A stretch of DNA of 64,000 nucleotides from Eledone cirrhosa (Eukaryota): the NCBI GenBank assembly GCA_964016885.1, contig OZ024740.1, positions 203,050,001 through 203,114,000 of the forward strand, read 5' to 3'. A model generated the notes under the pieces. The model saw only the letters and a program-made list of their open reading frames with translations. It had not been told where the DNA came from and searched no databases. Position numbers and translations under genes: made by a program. The stretch's first letter is position 1, and each line of letters begins with the position of its first letter. Of the stretch, positions 15,241 through 27,100 are shown in pieces.

Positions 15241-15433
15241 GTTGCGCACGGGTGCTGCTGCTGCTGCTGCTGCTGCAGCTGGTGCCTCTGTTGCGCACTG
15301 GCATCACGTCAACATATGTCTACCTTCTCAGCAGAGCAGTGATGACGTCAAACATTGTTTTGACGTCATCAGTCAAACAAGCAGAGACGGGGACCAACGC
15401 ACTGCTTGCTGTCACATGTAATAGCATGTGACA
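15241..15433. promoter_or_regulatory. Candidate cis-regulatory module: 2x CRE, 2x E-box, 2x TTGCGCAC
   Basis: TGACGTCA at 15343-15350 and 15361-15368. TGTCACATG/CATGTGACA at 15410-15433. GTTGCGCAC at 15241 and 15291, flanking a (CTG)n run. CpG is retained in non-TE-looking sequence. Confidence 0.4.
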
Positions 15434-15434
15434 T

Positions 15435-15477
<43 letters not shown>

Positions 15478-15912
15478 CGTTAGCGCATAACTAACAACAA
15501 CAACAACACCAACAACAATAAGGGTGACAATAACAACAGCGACGACCACGAACGAGCCTCCGTCGGTTTAGACGATGAGTGTTCCAGTTTTTCGCTTAAC
15601 GGGATAGCCTGCTGCAGCTCGTGAAATGTCACGTATAAGTGGTTGAGCATTTCAGAGACACATCTACCTTTAACCCAATTCTCAGGGAGGTTCAGCATGA
15701 CACAGTTTGTAACAAGGCTTGCCGTTTGAATTACTGTTACAATCCAACCCTCATTCTAAACTATTTCCGTTACGCAACTTCATTCACAAGACATTTGTCG
15801 TCCCGAGACTATGGAAGACCAGACCTGCCAACGTAATTCTCAGGAAGATTCAGCATGGGTGACAAGACTCGTATTTTGAATTATAGAGACAGACAATCCG
15901 ACGGGATTCTAA

Positions 15913-16057
15913 ATAGTTTCCGTCGACTCAATTTCACTCACAAGGATTGGTTCGACTTGGAGCTATGGTAAATGGCACTTGCACGAGGTGGCCCACGGTG
16001 GGATTGAGCCCGGGACCTTATGATTACATAGCGAACCATTTAGCCAATTGTGTCCAC
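15913..16057 (-). mobile_element. Degenerate 5' portion of an octopus-type tRNA-derived SINE
   Basis: Plus strand GTTTCCGTC.AC..AATTTCACTCACAAGG..TTGG...GCTAT.GTA.A.G.CACTTGC...AGGTG...C.GTGGGATTGA.CCCGG.ACC. B-box-like GGCTCAATCCC on the minus strand. Confidence 0.7.
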
Positions 16058-16130
16058 ACAAAGACCACAACAATAGAGGCAACAACAGTAGTCCTTGGCC
16101 CCTAGGACCACCTCCCTACTCACCACCATC

Positions 16131-16263
16131 GGCACGGAGTTTGCTACCAGGCACGGAGTAGGCTACCCGGCACGGAGTAGGCTACCCGACACGGAGTAGG
16201 CTACCCGGCACGAAGTTGGCTACCCGGCACGGAGTTGGCTACCCGGCATAGAGTTGGCTGCCC
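16131..16263 (+). repeat. GC-rich 19-bp minisatellite GGCACGGAGT(A/T)GGCTACCC x7
   Basis: Seven consecutive units in 19-bp phase. Confidence 0.93.
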
Positions 16264-16466
16264 GCAGGTGAGAGCCTCGCAAGCAGGAATGGCTCTTCTA
16301 ACGAGTCTCCCTCACCAGCCTCCGAAGAAACACTTCTATTCTGTCCACCGGGGCCGCGGGGCAGCCAACGCGTGGGATCCCATTTTCATATAATAGTGAG
16401 AGGTGGGGAGAGTGAGAGAGGTGGAGGTAGTGGCAGTGGGAGTTTGGTTCCTTTCTGTTCAGTCCT

Positions 16467-16468
<2 letters not shown>

Positions 16469-16531
<63 letters not shown>

Positions 16532-16602
16532 TTATATATATGGATATATATATATGGATATATATATATATGGATATATATATATATATTTATATATATA
16601 TA
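16469..16602. repeat. Interrupted (TA)n microsatellite
   Basis: Direct reading. Confidence 0.93.
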
Positions 16603-16651
16603 TAAATATAGTTTTGCAAGGTTTTTGATATGAAATCGTGTGTCGAAACAA

Positions 16652-17167
16652 ATATTGTTATACTTGGGGAGGGTCATATTTGTGTAATAATATTGCCAGA
16701 ATTAATAACAGAACACACTCACTGTTTGGTTGGTTTTCGCTTCTGTATCTTTTATATTAGTTAATTTAATTTATTCGGTCCTCAATGTTACCATTGACTG
16801 ACCAACGGTCAAAAATACAGATATAATATAGACACGAACACATATATATAGTCTAACAAAGTTCTTTCGTTGCACATCTGCAACAGCGTCAGTGGTGCTA
16901 TTATGTTTCCTCCTGTTGTATTGTATCTCTACGCCATCTTTATTTAATCTGTTTATTTATTTATTTATTTATTTATTTTTGTCTTCTTCTCTGCGCATGC
17001 GTTTGCGTGTGTGTATAGTGTTTGGTGTGTGTTCGTGTTTGGGTGACTGTGTTTTGGTTATTGTATTCTATCTTAGTTTACTAGTGTGTGTTTATATGTG
17101 TTTGTTGTTATTTTGCTTGTGTATGTATTTGTTTATTTATTTGTTTATTTATACTTCTCTTAGGTCA
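16652..17167 (-). repeat. pLTR, 3' copy (left arm of the inverted repeat)
   Basis: Reverse complement of 19456-19959, with scattered substitutions and (TATT)n indels. Confidence 0.95.
16853..16900 (-). ncRNA. Hammerhead motif in the 3' pLTR with a core mutation (CTGACGC)
   Basis: Minus strand CA-CTGACGC-T-GTTGCA gatg TGCAAC-GAAAGaaCT-T-TG. A9 is replaced by C. Confidence 0.6.
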
Positions 17168-19455
17168 GTATTGTTTGTTTGGGTGTTGTTATTCCATTCA
17201 TTTTTTTCTGTTTAGTCTTGGCCTTCTAAGTTCTATTTCGCTGGCCTCTCTGATTTTCCTATCTGCTGGGTCATTTCTATGTTTAGATATTATTCTAATT
17301 TCTATGTTGTCTATGTTACCGTCGTGTTGTTGTCTGGAGTGTTCGTATAGTACTGACCCGTTTTTTTTTCGTGTTTTTAGTTACCCCAGTGTTGGTCTAT
17401 CCTTTCACCTATGCTACGAGCTGTCTCGCCTATGTATGTTGTTGTCATGTTTCTGCAAGTACCCTCTGTACATCTTATGTTATAGACTACGTTTCTAGTT
17501 TTACAGTTTATCCGGGGTTTTATTTTACATATAATACATTTCCTATTAGTACAGTGGGTTTTCTTAAAAGAGTAGGTTTTGCTGATCAGGGATTTTATGG
17601 TGGTTCCTGGCTTTTCTACCACCTTAATCTTTAAGTGGGTCTTTCTCAGGGCCTTTCTACACTGGTTAGCTAATTTCCCTCCAGGGGTAGCGTCCACGAA
17701 CATGACACTCTGGTATCTCTGGTTATCGTACCATGAGGTGGCCTTCCCTATCTTATGTCTAGTCCTATCTAAGCTATTCCATGATTTGCTCCTGTATAAT
17801 GGGCAAATTCCTTTCATGTCCAGTTCTATGAGGATCTTATACTTCTCCGTGGCTCCTTCGTATACTCTGATTCTGTCTCTTTGGTTGTAGCCAGAGAACT
17901 GCATGCGGTTGAGGAAGTGTTGAATGTGTCTTTCCATTTCTGTTGGGTCGCACATGCGGGACACATTCTTCATTACTCGTACCAAGTCTGCGATCAGAAT
18001 ATTAAACTTAGCACTACTGAACATTGCTGAGTTTTTGAGTATCAGGTATTTGGAGGCTATGGGTTTAGCGTAGTGTGAGTGGATAATTTGGGCTCTCTCG
18101 TCTATAGTGTTAATCCAAAGTTCCGTGTCTAATACAGGTAGTCTATTGTTAGGGTGTTTGGAAGGGTAGTCGATAGTTACAGTTATACTCTGGTGTATGG
18201 AATTAGCTATCTGCTGGATGCTTTCCATTGTGATACGTTCTAAATCAAAGTTGTTAGTACTCTTTTGTGGGGATGTCCTTATTACTATATCGATGTCGTT
18301 TACGCAACGAGAGTACATGATGAGGTCTATGGAACTCTCATCAAGGAGATCTTTAAGTCTCCTTTCCCACCATACCATAAAAAGGTTGGCAACGTCACCA
18401 GCTATGCTGACGTCAATGGCTGCTCCCTCATTTTGGGTGTAGATCTTCTCGTTGAATTGAAATATGTGGCCCTTTAGGGTAGTTTTAATACTAGCCCCTA
18501 TTGCATGTGCGACCATTTTTCTTACCTGATCATTATTTTGGGGGGCCCGTATGGCTTTGGTCCACCCAATCCACCTTCCCATGGGAGTCTTTTTTGCCAT
18601 AGAGGTTATGGTGGGGGGTCTGCCTCTTATGGGTCTACTGGGGCAGAAACGTCTAAGGTCATGGCTGTCTAGGTAGTCAGTGTCATAGGTAAGTCTAAGT
18701 AAGAGGCCCAGTTCGTCTGTGTCGACGTCGCAGAACTCCACCTCACTCTCAATGATCATCTCCACACATTTTTCCACAGCAAAATCAATGTCAATAGATG
18801 GGTACAGTGATACCACGTCCATACTGTCTATTATGCAGTTGGATAGGTTTTTGTTTTTGTTGCACTCACTGATTCTGCTGATGAGGTCCTCTGTACTGTC
18901 ACATGCATCTGGGGACATCTTGATTAGGGGGCGTATAACCATTGAGAGGAAGTAGGAGATCCTGTAGTTGCTAGAGATATTGGCTCCGCATACAGGTCTT
19001 GTTGGTGGTCCTGTTGTCGGGTCGTCGACTCTCTTATGGTCTTTGCGGAGCCCATACAAGGGTGGTATGTCATTGTTAGACGCCTGGAAGTTGTTGGCAG
19101 TGCGTCTGCTTGGCTTTAGGATGTCGGTCCACATCATCATGTGAGCGTTGAGGATTTTCTCTCTCCCCTCATGTATTTGCTGTGCAATTTCGCTCGTGTT
19201 GGTGATGTGGGGTTGCATAGCCTTGATGTAGTTCGGCATGCTATCTATTGACATCCTACCAGACTTATCCGTGGGTAGACATACTACCTCACCATCCCTT
19301 GTGCGCTGCTTGAGGCTAACCAAGCTTTCTACAGGTTTCCTCCCAAGTTGTTAGACCTCTGGTCTGCTTTGTCTCTTAGTATACCGGTCAACTATTTTTC
19401 TAATCTTATTTCTAGCTATGGTGAACTGTGCCTCTGTCTCGTCATCTATTTGTTG
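17150..19455 (-). pseudogene. RT/GIY-YIG polyprotein of copy D (648-aa open stretch at 17377-19323)
   Basis: Motifs PTDKSGR, LYGLRKDHK, PTRPVCGA, SMDVVSLYPSI, QNEGAAI..SIAGDVANLFM, YSRCVNDI (degenerate RYVDD), LPVLD, YAKP, SGY, CTNRKCIIC (Cx4Cx2C), VVY...YIGETARSIGERIDQH. C-terminal LNRKxEW continues past a stop and frameshifts. Confidence 0.92.
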
Positions 19456-19959
19456 TGACCTAAGAGAAGTATAAATAAACAAATACATACACAAGCACAA
19501 TAACAACAAACACATATAAACACACACTAGTAAACTAAGATAGAATACAATAACCAAAACACAGTCACTCAAACACGAACACACACCAAACACTATACAC
19601 ACACGCAAACGCATGCGCAAAGAAGAAGACAAAAACACAAAAATAAATAAATAAATAAACAGATTAAATAAAGATGGCGTAGAGATACAACACAACAGGA
19701 GGAAACATAATAGCACCACTGACGATGTTGCAGATGTGCAACGAAAGAACTTTGTTAGACTATATATATGTGTTCGTGTCTATATTATATCTGTATTTTT
19801 GACCGTTGATCAGTCAATGGTAACATTGAGGACCGAATAAATTAAATTAACTGATATAAAAGATACAGAAGCGAAAACCAACCAAACAGCGAGTGTGTTC
19901 TGTTATTATTTCTGGCAATATTATTAAACAAATATGACCCTCCCCAAGTATAACAATAT
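19456..19959 (+). repeat. Inverted pLTR at the truncated 5' end (right arm)
   Basis: Begins TGACCTAAGAGAAG (the end of the ORF) and runs to CCCCAAGTATAACAATAT followed by (TA)n. Confidence 0.95.
19711..19757 (+). ncRNA. Hammerhead motif in the inverted pLTR, intact core
   Basis: CA-CTGACGA-T-GTTGCA gatg TGCAAC-GAAAGaaCT-T-TG. 6-bp stem II, but stems I and III are short. Confidence 0.7.
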
Positions 19960-19979
19960 ATATATATATATATATATAT

Positions 19980-20416
19980 TTATTTAGGTTTGTTGGTTTA
20001 CCATTGTATAGAGCTAGTCATTCCGTATGGTCAACCTCGATGTAATATAATGGAGAGCACTCGACGTAATGCAACTCACCCGTCTTCGTTTGTGTAGTTG
20101 GTGGTGCGAGTACGGAGTTAATTATTATAAAATAACATGAGACTGGACTGGTGTAATTCCTTAAAAGGTTTATTATAACTATGATCATTTCAGTGACCGG
20201 GCTCAGTATGAATTCGGTGACATCATCAGGTATTCGAAATATTACAAAGGAATATAATAGACAAAATCCATCGGGCTGAAAAGCAGAGACAACAGGGCGG
20301 CCAAACATTTACCAGCTACTAGCCCGGTCAACACGCCCTTTCATAATATATAAAGATACATAGGTGCATTGTTATATAAACATGTTTTAACGGTATATAC
20401 TCCTGTGTATTCATTT

Positions 20417-20418
<2 letters not shown>
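19980..20418 (-). mobile_element. Isolated PLE 3' end (pLTR remnant) between (TA)n tracts
   Basis: Contains a hammerhead followed by AATAAA on the minus strand, bounded by (TA)n on both sides. Confidence 0.55.
20175..20234 (-). ncRNA. Type I hammerhead ribozyme
   Basis: Minus strand ATAC-CTGATGA-tGTcACCG aattcatactgagcc CGGTcACt-GAA-ATGATCAT-A-GT(t)AT-AATAAA. Intact core, palindromic stem III, weak stem I. Confidence 0.75.
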
Positions 20419-20490
<72 letters not shown>

Positions 20491-20493
<3 letters not shown>

Positions 20494-20768
20494 GCATGTT
20501 ATTGTTGTTATTGTTGTTGTTAATTCCAGTGTTATTGTTATGCATGTTATTGTTGTTGTTGTTGTTAATTCCAGTGTTATTGTTATGCATGTTATTGTTG
20601 TTATTGTTGTTGTTGTTAATTCCAGTGTTATTGTTATGCATGTTATTGTTGTTATTGTTGTTGTTAATTCCAGTGTTATTGTTATGCATGTTATTGTTGT
20701 TATTGTTTTTGCCTCTATTATGGCCGTCATTATCGTTGCAGTTACTTCTATTGTAACCGTATTTACAA

Positions 20769-20770
<2 letters not shown>
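20491..20770 (-). repeat. Inverted copy of the satellite start: 65-bp leader plus about 4.5 units
   Basis: 20706-20770 is the exact reverse complement of 21047-21111. 20491-20705 consists of reverse-strand satellite units. Confidence 0.95.
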
Positions 20771-20828
<58 letters not shown>

Positions 20829-20835
20829 CATATAC

Positions 20836-20867
<32 letters not shown>

Positions 20868-20872
20868 GTATA

Positions 20873-20951
<79 letters not shown>

Positions 20952-20990
20952 GTATATATATATATGTATATGTATATATCTATATATATG

Positions 20991-21048
<58 letters not shown>

Positions 21049-21049
21049 T
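20769..21049. repeat. Interrupted (TA)n tract forming the centre of the fold-back
   Basis: TACA interruptions on the left are mirrored by TGTA interruptions on the right. Confidence 0.9.
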
Positions 21050-21109
21050 TGTAAATACGGTTACAATAGAAGTAACTGCAACGATAATGACGGCCATAAT
21101 AGAGGCAAA

Positions 21110-24100
21110 AACAACAACAACAATAACATGCAAAACAATAACACTGGAATTAACAACAACAATAACAACAACAATAACATGCATAACAATAACACTGGAA
21201 TTAACAACAACAATAACAACAATAACATGCATAACAATAACACTGGAATTAACAACAACAACAATAACAACAATAACATGCATAACAATAACACTGGAAT
21301 TAACAACAACAACAACAACAATAACATGCATAACAATAACACTGGAATTAACAACAACAACAATAACAACAATAACAGGCATAACAATAACACTGGAATT
21401 AACAACAACAACAATAACATGCATAACAATAACACTGGAATTAACAACAACAACAACAATAACATGCATAACAATAACACTGGGAATTAACAACAACAAT
21501 AACAACAATAACAGGCATAACAATAACACTGGAATTAACAACAACAACAACAACAATAACATGCATAACAATAACACTGGAATTAACAACAACAATAACA
21601 ACAATAACATGCATAACAATAACACTGGAATTAACAACAACAACAACAACAATAACATGCATAACAGTAACACTGGGAATTAACAACAACAACAACAACA
21701 GTAACATGCATAACAATAACACTGGGAATTAACAACAACAACAACAACAATAACATGCATAACAATAACACTGGAATTAACAACAACAACAATAACAACA
21801 ATAACATGCATAACAATAACACTGGGAATTAACAACAACAACAACAACAATAACATGCATAACAATAACACTGGAATTAACAACAACAACAACAACAATA
21901 ACATGCATAACAATAACACTGGAATTAACAACAACAACAATAACAACAATAACATGCATAACAATAACACTGGGAATTAACAACAACAACAACAACAATG
22001 ACATGCATAACAATAACACTGGAATTAACAACAACAACAATAACAACAATAACATGCATAACAATAACACTGGGAATTAACAACAACAACAACAATAACA
22101 TGCATAACAATAACACTGGGAATTAACAACAACAACATCAACAATAACATGCATAACAATAACACTGGAATTAACAACAACAACAAAAATAACAACAATA
22201 ACATGCAAAACAATAACACTGGAATTAACAACAACAACAACAACAATAACATGCATAACAATAACACTGGAATTAACAACAACAACAACAACAATAACAT
22301 GTATAACAATAACACTGGAATTAACAACAACAACAAAAACAATAACATGCATAACAATAACACTGGAATTAACAACAACAACAACAACAATAACATGCAA
22401 AACAATAACACTGGGAATTAACAACAACAACAACAACAATAACATGCATAACAATAACACTGGAATTAACAACAACAACAACAATAACATGCATAACAAT
22501 AACACTGGGAATTAACAACAACAACAATAACATGCATAACAATAACACTGGAATTAACAACAACAACAACAACAATAACATGCATAACAATAACACTGGA
22601 ATTAACAACAACAACAACAACAATAACATGCATAACAATAACACTGGAATTAACAACAACAACAATAACATGCATAACAATAACACTGGGAATTAACAAC
22701 AACAACAACAACAATAACATGCATAACAATAACACTGGAATTAACAACAACAACAACAACAACAATAACATGCATAACAATAACACTGGAATTAACAACA
22801 ACAACAACAACAATAACATGCATAACAATAACACTGGAATTAACAACAACAATAACATGCATAACAATAACACTGGAATTAACAACAACAACAACAATAA
22901 CATGCATAACAATAACACTGGGAATTAACAACAACAACAATAACATGCATAACAATAACACTGGAATTAACAACAACAACAACAACAATAACATGCATAA
23001 CAATAACACTGGAATTAACAACAACAATAACAACAGTAACATGCATAACAATGACACTGGGAATTAACAACAACAACAACAATAACATGCATAACAATAA
23101 CACTGGAATTAACAACAACAACAACAATAACATGCATAACAATAACACTGGGAATTAACAACAACAACAACAATAACATGCATAACAATAACACTGGAAT
23201 TAACAACAACAACAACAATAACATGCATAACAATAACACTGGAATTAACAACAACAACAACAATAACATGCATAACAATAACACTGGGAATTAACAACAA
23301 CAACAACAACAATATCATGCATAACAATAACACTGGAATTAACAACAACAACAACAACAATAACATGCATAACAATAACACTGAAATTAACAACAACAAC
23401 AACAACAATAACATGCATAACAATAACACTGGAATTAACAACAACAATAACAACAATAACATGCATAACAATAACACTGGAATTAACAACAACAACAACA
23501 ATAACATGCATAACAATAACACTGGAATTAACAACAACAACAACAATAACATGCATAACAATAACACTGGGAATTAACAACAACAACAACAACAATAACA
23601 TGCATAACAATAACACTGGAATTAACAACAACAACAACAACAATAACATGCATAACTGTAACACTGGAATTAACAACAACAATAACAACAATAACATGCA
23701 TAACAATAACACTGGGAATTAACAACAACAACAACAATAACATGCATAACAATAACACTGGGAATTAACAACAACAACAACAATAACATGCATAACAATA
23801 ACACTGGAATTAACAACAATAACAACAATAACATGCATAACAATAACACTGGAATTAACAACAACAACAACAACAATAACATGCATAACAATAACACTGG
23901 AATTAACAACAACAATAACAACAATAACATGCATAACAATAACACTGGGAATTAACAACAACAACAACAATAACATGCATAACAATAACACTGGAATTAA
24001 CAACAACAACAACAACAATAACATGCATAACAATAACACTGGAATTAACAACAACAACAACAACAACAATAACATGCATAACAATAACACTGGAATTAAC

Positions 24101-27100
24101 AACAACAACAACAATAACATGCATAACAATAACACTGGAATTAACAACAACAACATCAATAACATGCATAACAATAACACTGGAATTAACAACAACAACA
24201 ACAATAACACTGGAATTAACAACAACAACAACAATAACATGCATAACAATAACACTGGAATTAACAACAACAACAACAACAATAACATGCATAACAATAA
24301 CACTGGAATTAACAACAACAACAATAACAACAATAACATGCATAACAATAACACTGGGAATTAACAACAACAACAACAACAATAACATGCATAACAATAA
24401 CACTGGAATTAACAACAACAACAACAACAATAACATGCATAACAATAACACTGGAATTAACAACAACAACAATAACAACAATAACATGCATAACAATAAC
24501 ACTGGGAATTAACAACAACAACAACAATAACATGCATAACAATAACACTGGGAATTAACAACAACAACAACAACAATAACATGCATAACAATAACACTGG
24601 AATTAACAACAACAACAACAATAACAACAATAACATGCAAAACAATAATACTGGAATTAACAACAACAACAACAACAATAACATTCATAACAATAACACT
24701 GGAATTAACAACAACAACAACAACAATAACATGCATAACAATAACACTGGAATTAACAACAACAACAACAACAATAACATGCATAACAATAACACTGGAA
24801 TTAACAACAACAACAACAACAATAACATGCAAAACAATAACACTGGGAATTAACAACAACAACAACAACAATAACATGCATAACAATAACACTGGAATTA
24901 ACAACAACAACAACAATAACATGCATAACAATAACACTGGGAATTAACAACAACAACAACAATAACATGCATAACAATAACACTGGAATTAACAACAACA
25001 ACAACAACAATAACATGCATAACAATAACACTGGAATTAACAACAATAACAACAATAACATGCATAACAATAACACTGGAATTAACAACAACAACAACAA
25101 TAACATGCATAACAATAACACTGGAATTAACAACAACAACAACAATAACATGCATAACAATAACACTGGAATTAACAACAACAACAACAACAACAATAAC
25201 ATGCATAACAATAACACTGGAATTAACAACAACAACAATAACATGCATAACAATAACACTGGAATTAACAACAACAACAACAACAATAACATGCATAACA
25301 ATAGCACTGGAATTAACAATAACATGCATAACAATAACACTGGAATTAACAACAATAACAATAATAACATGCATAACAATAACACTGGAATTAACAACAA
25401 CAACAACAACAATAACATGCATAACAATAACACTGGAATTAACAACAACAACAACACCAACAATAACATGCATAACAATAACACTGGAATTAACAACAAC
25501 AACAACAACAACAATAACATGCATAACAATAACACTGGAATTAACTAACAACAACAACAACAATGACATGCATAACAATAACACTGGAATTAACAACAAC
25601 AATAACAACAACAATAACATGCATAACAATAACACTGGAATTAACAACAACAATAACAACAATAACATGCATAACAATAACACTGGAATTAACAACAACA
25701 ATAACAACAATAACATGCATAACAATAACACTGGAATTAACAACAACAACAACAATAACATGCATAACAATAACACTGGAATTAACAACAACAACAACAA
25801 TAACATGCATAACAATAACACTGGAATTAACAACAACAACAACAACAATAATAACATGCATAACAATAACACTGGAATTAACAACAACAACAACAATAAC
25901 ATGCATAACAATAACACTGGAATTAACAACAACAACAACAACAATAATAACATGCATAACAATAACACTGAAATTAACAACAACAATAACAACAACAATA
26001 ACATGCATAACAATAACACTGGAATTAACAACAACAACATGCATAACAATAACACTGGAATTAACAACAACAACATGCATAACAATAACACTGGAATTAA
26101 CAACAACAACAACAACAACAATAACATGCATAACAATAACACTGGAATTAACAACAACAAAAACAACAATAACATGCATAACAATAGCACTGGAATTAAC
26201 AACAACAACAACAACAATAACATGCATAACAATAACACTGGAATTAACAACAACTACAACAACAATAATAACATGCATAACAATAACACTGGAATTAACA
26301 ACAACAACAACAATAATAACATGCATAACAATAACACTGAAATTAACAACAACAACAACAATAACACTGGAATTAACAACAACAACAACAACAACAATAA
26401 CATGCATAACAATAACAATGGAATTAACAACAACAACATGCATAACAATAACACTGGAATTAACAACAACAACATGCATAACAATAACACTGGAATTAAC
26501 AACAACAACATGCATAACAATAACACTGGAATTAACAACAACAACATGCATAACAATAACACTGGAATTAACAACAACAACAACAACAATAACATGCATA
26601 ACAATAACACTGGAATTAACAACAACAACAACAATAACATGCATAACAATAACACTGGAATTAACAACAACAACAACAATAATAACATGCATAACAATAA
26701 CACTGGAATTAACAACAACAACAACAATAATAACATGCATAACAATAACACTGGAATTAACAACAACAACAACAATAACACTGGAATTAACAACAACAAC
26801 AACAACAACAATAACATGCATAACAATAACACTGGAATTAACAACAACAACAACAACAACAATAACATGCATAACAATAACACTGGAATTAACAACAACA
26901 ACAACAACAACAATAACATGCATAACAATAACACTGGAATTAGCAACAACAACAACAACAACAATAACATGCATAACAATAACACTGGAATTAACAACAA
27001 CAACAATAACAACAATAACATGCATAACAATAACACTGGAATTAACAACAACAACAACAACCACAATAACATGCATAACAATAACACTGGAATTAACAAC

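Larger units (their letters stand above)
16603..19959 (-). mobile_element. PLE copy D (non-Naiad clade, Neptune/Nematis-like linker), 5'-truncated, with an inverted pLTR
   Basis: RT/GIY-YIG ORF on the minus strand, ~510-bp inverted repeat, a hammerhead in each arm, a ~50-nt 3' extension (16603-16651) on the main copy only, and (TA)n on both sides. Confidence 0.9.

Noticed and set aside
15340-15372. CTGATGA on the minus strand followed by a hairpin
   Set aside because: No GAAA or stem III follows. It is better explained as the CRE inverted repeat.
18878-18884. CTGATGA antisense to the copy D ORF
   Set aside because: No stem II or GAAA, so a chance match.
16892-19719. Hydrophobic ORFs MVLLCFLLL... 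at 16892-17215(+) and 19351-19719(-)
   Set aside because: These are antisense translations of the two pLTR arms, with low-complexity TG/TATT content.
16652-19959. DNA transposon with long terminal inverted repeats
   Set aside because: The internal ORF is RT plus GIY-YIG, and the arms contain the ORF end and a hammerhead, so they are PLE pLTRs.
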